Under the pieces are notes generated by a model, which ran no database searches, was not told where the DNA came from, and saw only the letters and a program-made list of their open reading frames with translations. From positions 89,034,001 through 89,098,000 of the forward strand of contig NC_086108.1 in assembly GCF_963921235.1 (NCBI RefSeq): a stretch of DNA of 64,000 nucleotides, written 5' to 3'. Both the position numbers and the translations under genes were made by a program. Below are positions 52,378-64,000 of the stretch, one piece after another. The first letter of the stretch is position 1; every line of letters starts with the position of its first letter. The DNA comes from Mobula hypostoma (lineage: Eukaryota).

Positions 52378-52420
52378 CAGTTAGTCCTGATGAAGGGTCT
52401 CGGCCCGAAACGTCAACTGT
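52378..52420 (+). ncRNA. minimal type-I hammerhead ribozyme with intact catalytic core
   Basis: CTGATGA at 52387-52393, helix II gggt-ctcg-gccc, GAAA at 52407-52410, palindromic ACGT helix III and GTC triplet at 52412-52414. Confidence 0.75.
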
Positions 52421-52879
52421 GCTTCTTCCTGTGGATGCTGTCTGGCCTGCTGTGTTCCACCAGCATTTTGTGTGTGTTGCTTGAATTTCCAGCACTTGCA
52501 GATTTCCTCGTGTTTGCTGAATAGCGGGAAGTTCACGTCTTGGAATGGGGCCTGGAGTCAACGACGCCTGGGGGAAATCGATGGAGGACTAACGGATGGG
52601 AAACCGTAAGCGCCAACATGCACATTAGACTGTTTCATTAAAATGGGCCCTTTTCTTTTTTGTTTTTTTCTTTACTAACCCTCTAGTCAAATTAAGAATT
52701 ATAAAGCTAAATCGTTTAATTGCGTATAGTGTACTGTTTGTTATTTCGTGGTATTGATTTGTAACAGGGGAACACATCACGCAGCATCCAAACAAACAAG
52801 AGGTTTTGCACCTTAGCTTTCACACGTTTGGCGGGGCCAGATGCTGTCTTAGAATAACGCCGCCAGCCGAACCTGAGGG

Positions 52880-54960
52880 TTGCACCTTCGTCAACTTTCC
52901 TGGTAACTTCCTTGAAAACCTCTATTAAATTGGTTAGACACAACTTACCACACAAAGCTATGTTGACTGCCTCTACTTATTCCCTGTCTATCCAAACTAT
53001 TTCCAGTCCCTTAGAATACTTCCCAATAGCTTTCACACTACTGATGTTAGGCTCACCAACCTATAATTTCCTGGCTTATTTTTACACCCTTTCTTAAACA
53101 AGGGTTTAAGAATGGCCTATGGTCAGGCCACACTTAGATCCCCTCCAGTTCACCTACCAGCCCCGACTAGGAGTTGAGGATGCCATCGTCTGCCTGCTGA
53201 GCCGTGTCTACTCCCACCTGGGCAAGCCAGCGAGCACTGTGAGGGTCATGTTTTTTGACTTCTCCAGTGCATTCAACACCATCCGCCCTGCTCTGCTGGG
53301 GGAGAAGCTGACGGCGATGCAGGTCGATGCTTTCCTGGTGTCATGGATTCTTGATTACCTGACTGGCAGACCACAGTACGTGTGCTTGCAACACTGTGTG
53401 TCCGACAGAATGATCAGCAGCACTGGGGTTCCACAGGGACTGTCTTGTCTCCCTTTCTCTTCACCATTTACACCTCGGACTTCAACTACTGCACAGAGTC
53501 TTGTCATCTTCAGAAGTTTTCTGATGACTCTGCCATAGTTGGATGCATCAGCAAGGGAGATGAGGCTGAGTACAGGGCTACGGTAGGAAACTTTGTCACA
53601 TGGTGTGAGCAGAATTATCTGCAGCTTAATGTGAAAAAGACTAAGGAGCTGGTGGTAGACCTGAGGAGGGCTAAGGTACCGGTGACCCCTGTTTCCAACC
53701 GGGGGTCAGTGTGGACATGGCGGAATATTACAAGTACCTAGGGATACGAATTGACAATAAACTGGACTGGTCAAAGAACACTGAGGCTGTCTACAAGAAG
53801 GGTCAGAGCCGTCTCTATTTCCTGAGGAGACTGAGGTCCTTTAACATCTGCCGGACGATGCTGAGGATGTTCTACGAGTCTGTGGTGGCCAGTGCTATCA
53901 TGTTTGCTGTTGTGTGCTGGGGAAGCAGACACCAACAGAATCAACAAACTCATTCGTAAGGCCAGTGATGTTGTGGGGATGGAACTGGACTCTCTGACAG
54001 TGGTGTTTGAAAAGAGGATGCTGTCCAAGTTGCATGCCATCTTGGACAATGTCTCCCATCCACTACATAATGGACTGGTGAGCACAGGAGTACATTCAGC
54101 CAGAGACTCATTCCACCGAGATGCAACACAGAGCGTCATAGGAAGTCATTCCTGCCTGTGGCTATCAAACTTTACAACTCCTCCCTTGGAGGGTCAGACA
54201 CCCTGAGCCAATAGGCCAGTCCTGGACTTATTTCCTGGCATAATTTACATATTACTATTTAATTATTTATGTTTTTATCACTATTTAATTATTTATGGTG
54301 CAACTGTAACAAAAACCAATTTCCCTCGGGATCAATAAAGTATGACTATGACTATGACTAAACAACAGAACAATTTTATCTATCCACCAATCCTCTGATA
54401 TCTCACCTGTTGCTAAAGACATTTTAGGTGTCTATGCTAGAACCCCTGCAATTTCAGCACTAGCCTCCTATAGGGTCTGATGGAGCATCATGTCAGACCT
54501 GGGGGATTTATTCACCGTAATTTGCTGAAACAGCAAACATTTCCTTATCTGTAATCTGTCTAGGGCACATGACCTCACTGCCATGTTGCCTCACATATAT
54601 AGACTCTGTGTCTGTCTCATGAGTAAATACAGATGCAAGCATTTCATTTAAGATCTCACCCATCTCACTTGGGTCCATGCATAGATGACTACTGTGATTT
54701 TCCAGAGGACCAGTTTTGTCCCTTGCAATCCTTTTGATCTGAATATATCTGTAGAAGCTCTTGCGACTTTCCTTCACCTTGACTGTTCCTTTTTTCTATT
54801 CACAAAAGAAATCTCATGCCTTCTTTTAGCTATCCTGATTTCCTTTTTAAGTGTTCTCTGCATTTCTTATACTCCTCAAGTACCTCATTTGTTCCTTCCT
54901 GCCTATACCACCTTCTTCTTAACTAGGACCTCAATATGTCTTGAAAAGCGAAGTTCCCTG
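52880..54960 (-). mobile_element. CR1 remnant split by a Rex1 insertion
   Basis: CLTNLIEVFKEVT and KSFYRYI..IARDKTGPL. Confidence 0.75.
53102..54358 (+). mobile_element. young 5'-truncated Rex1/Babar element
   Basis: LDPLQFTY, MFFDFSSAFNTI, QKFSDDSAIVG and YKYLG. AATAAA plus (TATGAC)n tail. TSD taaacaa at 53095-53101 and 54359-54365. Confidence 0.92.
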
Positions 54961-54961
54961 A

Positions 54962-55078
54962 ACATGAGAAAATCTGCAGATGCAGGAAATCCGAGCAACA
55001 CATACAAAATGCTGGAGGAACTCAGCAGGCCAGGCAGTATCTATGGAAAAAAGTACAGTCAACATTTTGGGCCAAAAT
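54962..55078 (-). repeat. hammerhead repeat truncated inside helix II
   Basis: Minus strand reads ttttggcccaaaatgttgactgtac...ctgctgagttcctccagc. Confidence 0.75.
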
Positions 55079-55099
55079 GAACCGCAACATCTGACTGCT

Positions 55100-55590
55100 T
55101 ACTCTCCCACTTAAGAATAATGTAGAATCGATCCAAGATGTCCCTAACCCTGGCACTCGGAGGCAACACATCATCCTGGAATCTCTTGCCTCCAAAGCCA
55201 ACTGTCCATTCCCTTAATCATTGACTCCCCCATCACCACTATTCTGCTGTCTTCCCCCTTCCCTTCTGAGCCACAGAGCCAGAGTCACTGCCAGAGACCT
55301 GACCTCTGTGGCTTTCCTCTCAAATGTCACCCCACACCACCCCCCAGCCTCACCAGTGTTCAAAGCGGTACACTTGTTATTGAGGGGAACAACCAAAGGG
55401 ATACTCTGCACTGAATGCCCATGTCCTTTCCCTCTCCAGATAGTCAGCCAGTTACCTGCCTCCTGCAACTTGGGTGCCCCCACCTTCCTATATATCCTAT
55501 CAAACAACCCCTCAGCCTCCCAAATGACACGATGTTCTTACACAGCCTGTAAGAATCTGCAGCTGGATGCATATGGAGTCGCAGTAGGTC
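55100..55590 (-). mobile_element. CR1 ORF1 remnant
   Basis: Homologous to 25580-26040 (GNWLTIWRGKG...VVPLNNK). Confidence 0.7.
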
Positions 55591-55689
55591 TGTGACAGTG
55601 TAAGTGTGGGTTTGAGGTGTGGCGTGTAAGCGTAAAGTGATGAAGGATGCTGAGGTACAGATCACACAGTGCATTAAGGTAAAACAATA

Positions 55690-55925
55690 TGGTGCAGTTG
55701 CAGAGCATAGCATTTAGCATAAAGCTGTTACAGCGACTGTGACCTAAGTTCAATTCACCCCCTGAGCATGTGGGTTTCTTCCGGGTGCTTCAACTGCCTT
55801 CCACGTTCCAAAGACATACAGGTTAGTAGATTAATTGGGTATAGGGGTACACCTATAGGTATATAGGGGTATAATTTGGAGTGGTAGGCTCTTTGGGATA
55901 CAGAGCCTGTTACAATGTTATATTT
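55690..55925 (+). mobile_element. tRNA-derived V-SINE (HE1-like), degenerate
   Basis: V-domain-like gtgggtttcttccgggtgct...ccttccacgttccaaagac after a B-box-like gttcaattc. Confidence 0.65.
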
Positions 55926-56344
55926 CAAAATATAAATAAATATATAGGTAGATAAATAATGTGGAATAAAGTGGAAAAGGTACCAAAAAAGTGCAGGTCT
56001 TAATGGGGTAGATTGTGAGGCCAAGAGTCCACCTTATAGTATAAGGTGTCCATTCAGGAGTCTGATAATAATGGGATAGAAGCTACCCTTAAGACTGATG
56101 GTACATGCTTTCCTATCTTCTGCCTGATGGCAAAGGGGATTAGAGAGAATGGCCAGATAGGTGATGAATTTGATTTATGCTGGCTGCTTTACGGAGGCAG
56201 CAAGAGATTTAGATCAAGTCAATGGAGGAGAGGCCGGTTCCCGTGATTTACTCAGTTGTGGCCACAATTCTCTGCAGTTCATTGCAGTCACGTGCAGAGC
56301 AGTTGACATATCAAGTCCTCATGCATCAGACAGAATGCTTTCCA

Positions 56345-56435
56345 AGCAACACACACAAAATGCTGAAGAAGATCAGCAGACCAGGCAGCATCTATAAAAA
56401 AGAATACAGACAATGTTATGGACCCAGTCCTTCAG
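56345..56435 (-). repeat. degenerate hammerhead repeat
   Basis: gcaacacacacaaaatgctgaagaa...gcagcatcta...caatgttatggacccagtccttca. Confidence 0.6.
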
Positions 56436-56439
56436 AGTT

Positions 56440-57815
56440 GATTTTGGACCACTGGAAAATGATGCTGGTGAAGTAGTAATGGGGGACAAAGAAATGACAA
56501 ATAAACTTAATGGGTACTTTGCATCTGGCTTCACAGTGGAAGACACTAGCAGTGTGCCAGAGGTCTGTGAGTGTCAGGGAGCAGGAGTGAGTGCCATTGT
56601 TATTACAAAAGAGAAAGTGCTAGGCAAGTTCAAAGGTCTTAAGATGAATGTTACTTGAACGAGATGTTATACATCCCAGGGTTCTGAAAGAGGTGACTGA
56701 AGAGAATCATGGAGGCATTAGTAATGATCTTTCATGAATCACTTGATTCTGGCATGGTGCTGGAGGACTGGAAGATTGCAAATGTTACTTCACTCTTTAA
56801 GAAGGGAGGAAGGAGGGAAATTATAGGCCAGTTAGCCTAACTTCAGTGGTTGGGAAAGTGTTGGAGTCTATTATTAAGGATGAGGTTTCAAGGTACTTGG
56901 AGACTAATGATAAAATAAGTCAAAGTTAGCATGGTTTCTGTAAAGGGAAAACTTGCGTGAAAAATCTGTTAGAGTTCTTCAAGGAAGTAACAAGCAGGGT
57001 GGACAAAGAAGAGGCAGTGGATGTCATTTACTTGGATTTTCACATGAGGTTCTTAGCAAGATAAAATCCTATGGCGTTACAGGAAAGATACTGGTATGGG
57101 TAGCGGAATGGCTGACAGGCAGGAGACAGTGAGTGGAAATAAAAGGGACCTTTTCTAGTTGGCTGCCACTGACTAGTGGTGTTCCTCAGGGGTCAATATT
57201 GGGACCACTGCTTTTCATATTGTTTGTCCATAATTTAAATAATGGAATTGATGGCATTGTGGCAAAGTTTGTAGATGATATGAGGATAGGTGGAGGGGTA
57301 GGTAGTGCTGAGGAAGCAACATGATTGCAGCAGGACTTCGACAAATTGGAAGAATGGGCAAAAACGTGCCAGGTGAAAAGTGTTGGGAAATGTATGATAA
57401 AGTATTTTGGTGAAATGAGCAATACCGTGGACTATTATCTAAATGGGGAGAAGGTTCAAACATCAGAGGTGCAGAGGGACTTGGGAGCCCTCATGCAAGA
57501 TTCCCAGAAGGTTGAGTTTGTGGTAAAAAAAAATCAAATGCAATATTGACATTTATTTCAAGAGTAATAGAACATAAAAGCAAGGAGATAATGCTGAGCC
57601 TGTATAAGACACTAATCAGGACGCACTTAGATTACTGTCAACAGTTTTGGGCCCATATCTCAGAAAGGATGTGTTGTCATTGGAGAGAGTCCAGAGGAGG
57701 TTCACTAGGATGATACCAGGGAATGAAGGGGTTAACATATGAGGAGCATTTGGCAGCTTTGGTCCTGTACTCACTGGAATTTAGAAGAATGCAGGGGGAT
57801 CACCTTGAAACCTAT
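56440..57815 (+). mobile_element. CR1 RT remnant
   Basis: GPLENDAGE, SGVPQGSILGPLLF and AKFVDD. Confidence 0.88.
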
Positions 57816-58429
57816 AAAAATATCATTTACTGTTGTGTCTGCTCTTTTTCCTTATTTCTCCATTGTTCACAACTCAATTAAGCTGCAAGAGCTTGAAGAT
57901 TACTAGTAGACTGACTGACTTGTTTGAAGTAGGATAGCTCACTTAGATGATCAGCCCTTTTAACATTGTTAGATAAATCATGGTAAACTGGGTTTAGCAT
58001 GAAACAGTGAAGAAGCTGTGACTTCACAATTTAACTTGCAGCTATTTCCTAACTTTTGAGTATTCATCTTGACATTCAGATAGCACGATTTAGTGAATCT
58101 TAATGTATTAATATTGTACATTTACTTGATGATACCAGTCTGCAATATACCCCAATTTTAGATGAAGCTTTCATAGGCCCTATTTATATTGCAGACCTAT
58201 CTCTGGGAGACACTTATTTGCCTTAGTCTCAGTACCTGCAGAATTGGTTCTTCATTTCCTTCCAACTTATCGTTAAGGATGGAATGCTGAATTTGATGGC
58301 CTTGCAAGGTAAATACAAGGCAAGCTGATAAGATCATGGCTGAACTTTTACTTCCACACCACTTCCGCAGGACTAACTTCATGCTCATTACAGGTCCATT
58401 CTGCAACCTAATTGAGCATATGTGAGTAT

Positions 58430-59385
58430 ATTTGAAAGTGGTGTCGCAGGTAGATAGGGCCATAAGGAGAGTTTTCGATACATTCATAAATAAAATTATT
58501 GAGTACAGGAGTTGGGATGTTATAGAAACATAGAAACCCTACAGCACAATACAGGCCCTTCGGCCCACAAAGCTGTGCTGAACATGTCCCTACCTTAGAG
58601 CTACCCAGGCTTTATCCATAGCCCTCTATTTTTCTCAGTTCCATGTAGCCATCCAGGAGTCTCTTGAAAGACCCTATTGTTTCTGCCTCCACCACTGTTG
58701 CCGGCAGCCCATTCCACGCACTCGCAACTCTCTGCATAAAAAACTTACCCCTGACATCTCCTCTGCTCCTACTTCCAAGCACCTTAAAACTATGCCCTCT
58801 TGTGCTAGCCATTTCAGCCCTAGGGAAAAGCCTCTGACTATCCACACAATTATGTTGAATTTGTATAAGACATTGGTGAATTGTAATTGGTAGTATTACG
58901 TGCTGTTCTGATCACATACCTACAGGAAAGCTATCAACGAGAGTGCAGAGAAAACTCATATGGATTTTGCTGGGAAGTGATTACATAAGTCATACGGAAA
59001 GGTTGAATAAGTTAAGACTTTATTCCATAGAATGTAGGAGAATAAGGGGATTGTTGACAGAAGTATACAAAATATTGAGGACTATAGATAGGGTTCTTCA
59101 CCGAGGTCGGGTGAGATGTTGAGTTAAGGGTGAAAGATGAGATGTTTAAGGAGAACATGAGGGGGAATTTCTTCATTCAGAGGGTGGTGAGAGTGTAGAA
59201 TGATCTGCCAGAGGAAGTGGTTGATGTGGGTTCAATTTGAACATTTTAGAGAAATTTAGATAGGTATGTGGATGGGAGGGGTATGGGGGGCTGTGGTCAG
59301 AGTACAGGTTGATGGGACTAGGCAGAAAAATAGCTCAGCATGTACTAGATGGGGTGAAATGCCTGCTTCTGTGCTGTAGTAACTA
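58430..59385 (+). mobile_element. CR1 3' remnant with a nested inverted CR1 tail (58521-58848)
   Basis: ORF 58612-58845(-) FMQRVASAWNGLP; the plus-strand CR1 resumes at about 58850. Confidence 0.75.
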
Positions 59386-59503
59386 TGTAAAGAACAAGAC
59401 TTGTGCTTATTTTTTTAATTCAAATGCTCCGGTAGAAGACCTGTATGAATTACGCATTGTCTAATGTCCTGAAGTTTGGCTGACTGAAATTTTCTTTCTT
59501 CAG

Positions 59504-59536
59504 CCGGCAGCTATTCATCAGTGTTAGAATCAGCAG
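59504..59536 (+). CDS. candidate 33-nt exon (RQLFISVRIS)
   Basis: Branch-like ctgac, acceptor ttttctttcttcag| and donor CAG|gtcagt. Phase-2 reading continues 37226-37262. Confidence 0.25.
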
Positions 59537-60250
59537 GTCAGTGAAGCCCTGTAAGCTACTTTTGTTTGATGGCACATGCTGTCCATCACCCAGTGTGGCA
59601 TGCCTTCTTTGTGGCCCTCAAAGGCGCTACAACTGCTACCAGCAAACACATACCAGCATGGCACCATCCACAGCTACCAGTCTACAGTATGCATGTGTAT
59701 TTAGTATAACTATTACAATGATAATTTGTAATACTTTTAGCAAAAAAACACTTTGATTTTTATGAAATATTTGTGCTTGGGAAAGGTAACAGGCAGGGTC
59801 CCTAAAACCACTGGAGGCAGTAGGCCTGGACTTTGTGTGTGTGTGTGTGTATACAAGTATGCACGTACACGCGTGTATGGGTGGGAGGTATTTTGCTGTT
59901 ATCTTTTTGTTGTTCATGTTGTTGCTTGTGCTGTTCTGTGAACATGGTGGGCATTCTATGTTGGCGCTGGAATGTGTGGTAACATTTGTGGGCCTGCACA
60001 CAATACATACTTAAATTGTGTTAGTTGTCAGTGCAAACAATGTACTTCACAGTGTGCTTCAATATACATGTGATAAACGAATGAATCTCAGTCTCAAACC
60101 TTCTCTCTTATTAATTTCTTCACTTAGGTTCTGACTAATCATTAATTCATTATTCCAGCAGTGTACAAAATAATTGATTCCAGTAAATTTACGGACTAGA
60201 GTTCATTTATAGAATGCTAAAGCAGAACTATTTTATGCTGTTAAAATATT

Positions 60251-62290
60251 GAACATAGAAAACCTACTTCACAATACAGGCCCTTCGGCCAACAATGCTG
60301 TACCGAGCATGTACCTGCTTTAGAAATTACCTAGGGTTACCCATAGCCCTCTATTTTACTAAGCTCCATGTACCTATCCAAGAGTCTCTTAAAAGACCCT
60401 ATTGTAGCTGCCTCCACCACGGTCGCCGGCAGCCCATTCTACGCACTCACCACTCTCTGCATAAAACACTTACCCGTGACATCTCCTCTGAACCTACTTC
60501 CAAGCACCTTAAAACTGTGCCCTCTCCAGTTAGCAATTTCAGCCCTGGGAAAAGGCCTCTGACTATCCATATGATTAATGCCTCTCATCATCTAATACAC
60601 TTCTATCAGGTCATCTCTCATCCTCCGTCGCTCCTAAGAGAAAAGGCTAAGTTCACTCAACCTATTCCCATAAATCATGCTCCCAATCCGGGCAACATCC
60701 TTGTAAATCTTCTCTGCACCCTTTCTATGGTTTCCACATCCTTCCTGTCGTGAGGAGACCAGAACTGAGCACAGTACTCCAAGTGGGGTCTGACCAGGAT
60801 CCTGTACAGCTGTAACACTACCTCTCGGCTCTTAAACTCAATCCCATGGTTGATGAAGCCCAATGCACGGCTTGCCTTCTTAACTGCAGAGTCAACCTGC
60901 ACAGCAGGTTTGAGTGTCCTATGGACTTGGACCTCAAGATCCCTCTGATCCTCCACACTGCCAAAAGTCTTACCATTAATATTATATTCTGCTATCATAT
61001 TTGACCTACCAAAATGAACCATCTCACGGTTATCTGGGTTGAACTCCATCTGCCACTTCTCAGCCCAGTTCTGCATCTTATCGCTGTCCCTCTGTAACAT
61101 CTGACAGCCCTCCACACTATCCACAACAACCCCAACCTTTGTGTCATCAGCAAACTTACTAACCCATCCCTCCACTTCCTCATCCAGGTCAATTATAAAA
61201 ATCACGAAGAGAAGGGGTCCCAGAACAGATCCCTGAGGCACACCACTGGTCACTGACCTCCATGCAGAATATGACCTATCTGCAACCACTCTTTGCCTTC
61301 TGTGGGCAAGCCAATTCTGGATCCACAAAGCAAGGTCCCCTTAGATCCCATAACTCCTTATTTTCTCAATAAGCCCGGCATGGGGTACCTTATCAAATGC
61401 CTTGCTGGAATCCAAATACACTGCATCTCCTGCTCTACCTTCATCAATGTGTTTAGTCACATCCTCAAAAAATTCAATCAGGCTCGTAAGGCACAACCTA
61501 CCTTTGACAAAGCCACACTGACTATTCCTAATCATATTATGCCTCTCAAAATGTTCATAGATCCTGCCTCTCAGGATCTTCTCCATCAATTTACCAACCA
61601 CTGAAATAAGACTCACTGGTCTATCATTTCCTGGGCTATCCCTACTTCCTCTCTTGAATAATGGAACAACATCTGCAACCCTCCAATCGTCCGGAACCTC
61701 TCCCATCCCCATTGATGATGCAAAGACCATTACCTGAGGCTCAGCAATCTCCTCCCTCACTTCCCACAGTAGCCTGGGGTATAGCTCCTCTGGTCCCGGT
61801 GACTTATTCAACTTGATGCTTTCAAAAACTCCAGCACATCTTCTTTCTTAATGTCTATATGCTCAAGCTTTTCAGTCTGCTGTAAATCATCCCTACAATC
61901 GCCCAGGTCCTTTCTCGTAATGAATACTGAAGCAAAGTATTCATTAAGTACCTCCGCTACCTCCTCCGGTTCCATACACACTTTCACTGTCACTCTTGAT
62001 TGGTCCAATTCTCTCACATCTTATCCTCTTTCTCTTCACATACTTGTAGAATGCTTTAGGGTTTTCCTTAATCCTGCTCGCCAAGGCCTTCTCATGGCAC
62101 CTTCTGGCTCTCCTAATTGCATTCTTAAGCTCCTTCCTGCTAGCCTTATAATTTTCTAGATCTCTGTCATTACCTGACACCTGACCAGGTCCATTTCCCA
62201 ATACCAGATCAAGTACAACCTCTCCTTTTGTTGGCTTATTGTGTCAGGAAACCTTCCGGAACACACCTAACAAACTCCACCCCATTTTAA
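60251..62290 (-). mobile_element. CR1 RT plus 3' end
   Basis: KSPGPEELYPRLL, GVPQGSVLGPLLF, SKFADDTK and LVRPHLEYCAQFWSP. Confidence 0.92.
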
Positions 62291-63387
62291 CCCTTTAAAG
62301 TAGCATTAACGCAGAACAGCAGTTTAGCGTTGGGTTTTTTTCTGGGTGAGTCAATGAAAGGACATTAACTCTTAATTCTTCAGTGATATTCCCATGTTTG
62401 CTAGCTCTTTTCTTCTAATATGGAACTCACCTAAGTAATGTCAACAGTATTGTCATACATAAAGTTGATCATCACCAAGATTTTCAACCATGCTGACCTG
62501 AACAATGACATTCCTCTGCTGAAGAGAAAATCTTCAATTTAGTGAGATTGCTACACTCTGCTCTGGACACAGCTTCCACAAGAATACAAATTGAAGCAGG
62601 AGGAATCCTCTCATCTTCTCAAACATGCCCCACCATTTAATATGATCTTGGCTGATCTCTCCCAGCCCTCAAATCTTCTTCCGTGCCACTTAGCCATAGC
62701 TCTCAAGTTCCTTGCCTTTCAAATGTATATGGTATACATACTTCAATAATAAATGTATTTTGAACTGAAAAATCTATCTATCTCTGCTTTAAGTGCATCC
62801 ATGATACAACCTCTACAACCCTCTGGGCAGGAGAATTCAATATATTCACCACCCTTTTCGAGAAGAGGGTTCTGTGCACCTCAGCTTTAAATGACCACTT
62901 CTTATTTGGTATCTATGTTGCCTTGTTTAGGACTATCTGTCTAGCAATAAGCTTTAGTAAGATCAGCCCCTCATTCTTCTAAACTTCAAAGACAGCATAT
63001 CTAATTGTTTTAGCTATTCTTGTTGGAACAGCTATCTCTTTCCAGTAGTTAGCACAGCAAATCTCTTCTGGACTGCCTTCAATGTTGGTGTACACAATAC
63101 AGAACAGGCTCAAAATGGTACACAATATTCTAGATGTAGCCTCTCATCACTCAATAAAATTGGAACAAACATCTCTACTTCTAAACTCAGAGGTCAACAT
63201 ACCATTTACTTCCTAACTAGATTGTGTTTTTTGTTTCTCAAGACAAAAACACATAAAACTCTTTGTATTCTCTCCAATATTTCTCCATTTAGATAGTGGT
63301 CGCCTTTTGTTTCCTCTTATCAAGTGCATGGCTATTTTTGCATTAAACTTTCTTTGCCAAGTATTAGTCCCATTCAATTAACCAACA

Positions 63388-64000
63388 TTCAGTGGCCACC
63401 TTATTAGGTATACCTGTGCATCTGCTTGTCAATGCAAATATCTCACCAGCCAATCATGCTGCAGCAACTCAATAGATAAAAACATGCAGACGTGGTCAAG
63501 AGGTTCAATTTTTGTTCGGACCAAACATCAGAATGGGGAAGAAATGTGATTGAAGTGACTTTGACCATGGAATGGTTGTTGGTGCCAGACTAGGTGGTTT
63601 GAGCATTTCAGCAACTGCTGATCTCCTTGGATTGTCATGCACAACAGTCTCTAGAGCAGGACTTCCCAACCTTTTTTATTCCATGGACGTTTAACATAAC
63701 CTGAGGGGTCTGTGGCCCCCAAGTTGGATACCCCTGTTCTAGAGTTTACAGAGAATGATGGGGAAAAAGCTTTAAAAAACCTACTGAGCGGCAGTTCTGT
63801 GGGCAAAAATGCTTTGTTAATGAGAGAGGTCAGAGGAGAATGGCCAGACTGGTTCAAGCTGACAGGAAGGCGACAGTAACTCAGATAGCCACATGTTACA
63901 ACAGTGGTGTTCAGAAGAGCATCTCTGAGCACACAACACTTCAAACCTGGAAGTGGATGGGCTATAGCAGCAGAATAACACAACAAACTCTCAGTGGCCA
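63388..64000 (+). mobile_element. Tc1-like deleted element (same family as 37672-38241), cut by the window edge
   Basis: cagtggccaccttattaggta start; body matches the reverse complement of 37720-38240. Confidence 0.85.
63657..63736. mobile_element. 80-bp hAT/Charlie-type MITE
   Basis: TIRs caggacttcccaac / gttggatacccctg; 8-bp TSD ctctagag / ttctagag. The empty site is visible in the sister Tc1 copy near 37970. Confidence 0.85.

Larger units (their letters stand above)
51540..52515. mobile_element. Penelope-like element with inverted pLTRs (minus 51540-52165, plus 52166-52515)
   Basis: GIY-YIG C-terminus (PVATHFN...LEEQHLIFHLG) on minus strand. The two pLTR arms are near reverse complements and each carries a hammerhead. 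Confidence 0.9.

Noticed and set aside
59834..59850. (GT)n tract
   Set aside because: Ordinary short microsatellite inside a repeat tail.
1..64000. CRISPR arrays, operons, rRNA or tRNA genes
   Set aside because: No regularly spaced repeats or intact RNA genes seen. The only tRNA-like sequence is a decayed SINE head near 55700.

Overview
This is eukaryotic genomic DNA made almost entirely of transposable elements. The repeat families (CR1, V-SINE, Penelope-like, Rex1/Babar) suggest a vertebrate, most likely a cartilaginous fish; that assignment is inference. No host gene is recognisable, but three short splice-site-bounded segments on the + strand (1840-1937, 37226-37262, 59504-59536) join in frame and may be exons of a gene with very large introns. 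Main elements: (1) a near-intact full-length L1 (4210-10029, 15-bp TSD) nested in an RTE that is nested in a CR1; (2) a second L1 family copy (26616-30973, minus strand, 14-bp TSD) missing its RT core; (3) a Hero-like LINE with RT and restriction-like endonuclease; (4) many CR1, Rex1 and L2 fragments plus Tc1, Tigger and hAT derivatives. The most interesting signal is a family of about 14 Penelope-associated repeats carrying a minimal type-I hammerhead ribozyme motif, consensus AGTC-CTGAYGA-AGGGTCTCGGCCC-GAAA-C-GTC-GACT. Its helix III is the loop-less palindrome ACGT, implying it works as a dimer. Several copies are 95-180 bp insertions with their own TSDs, and their ends or inversion junctions fall inside the ribozyme. 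A second, unrelated hammerhead-like motif lies near 45025, and a cluster of RFX X-boxes lies at 20503-20634. Family names come from motif recognition only; no database search was run.
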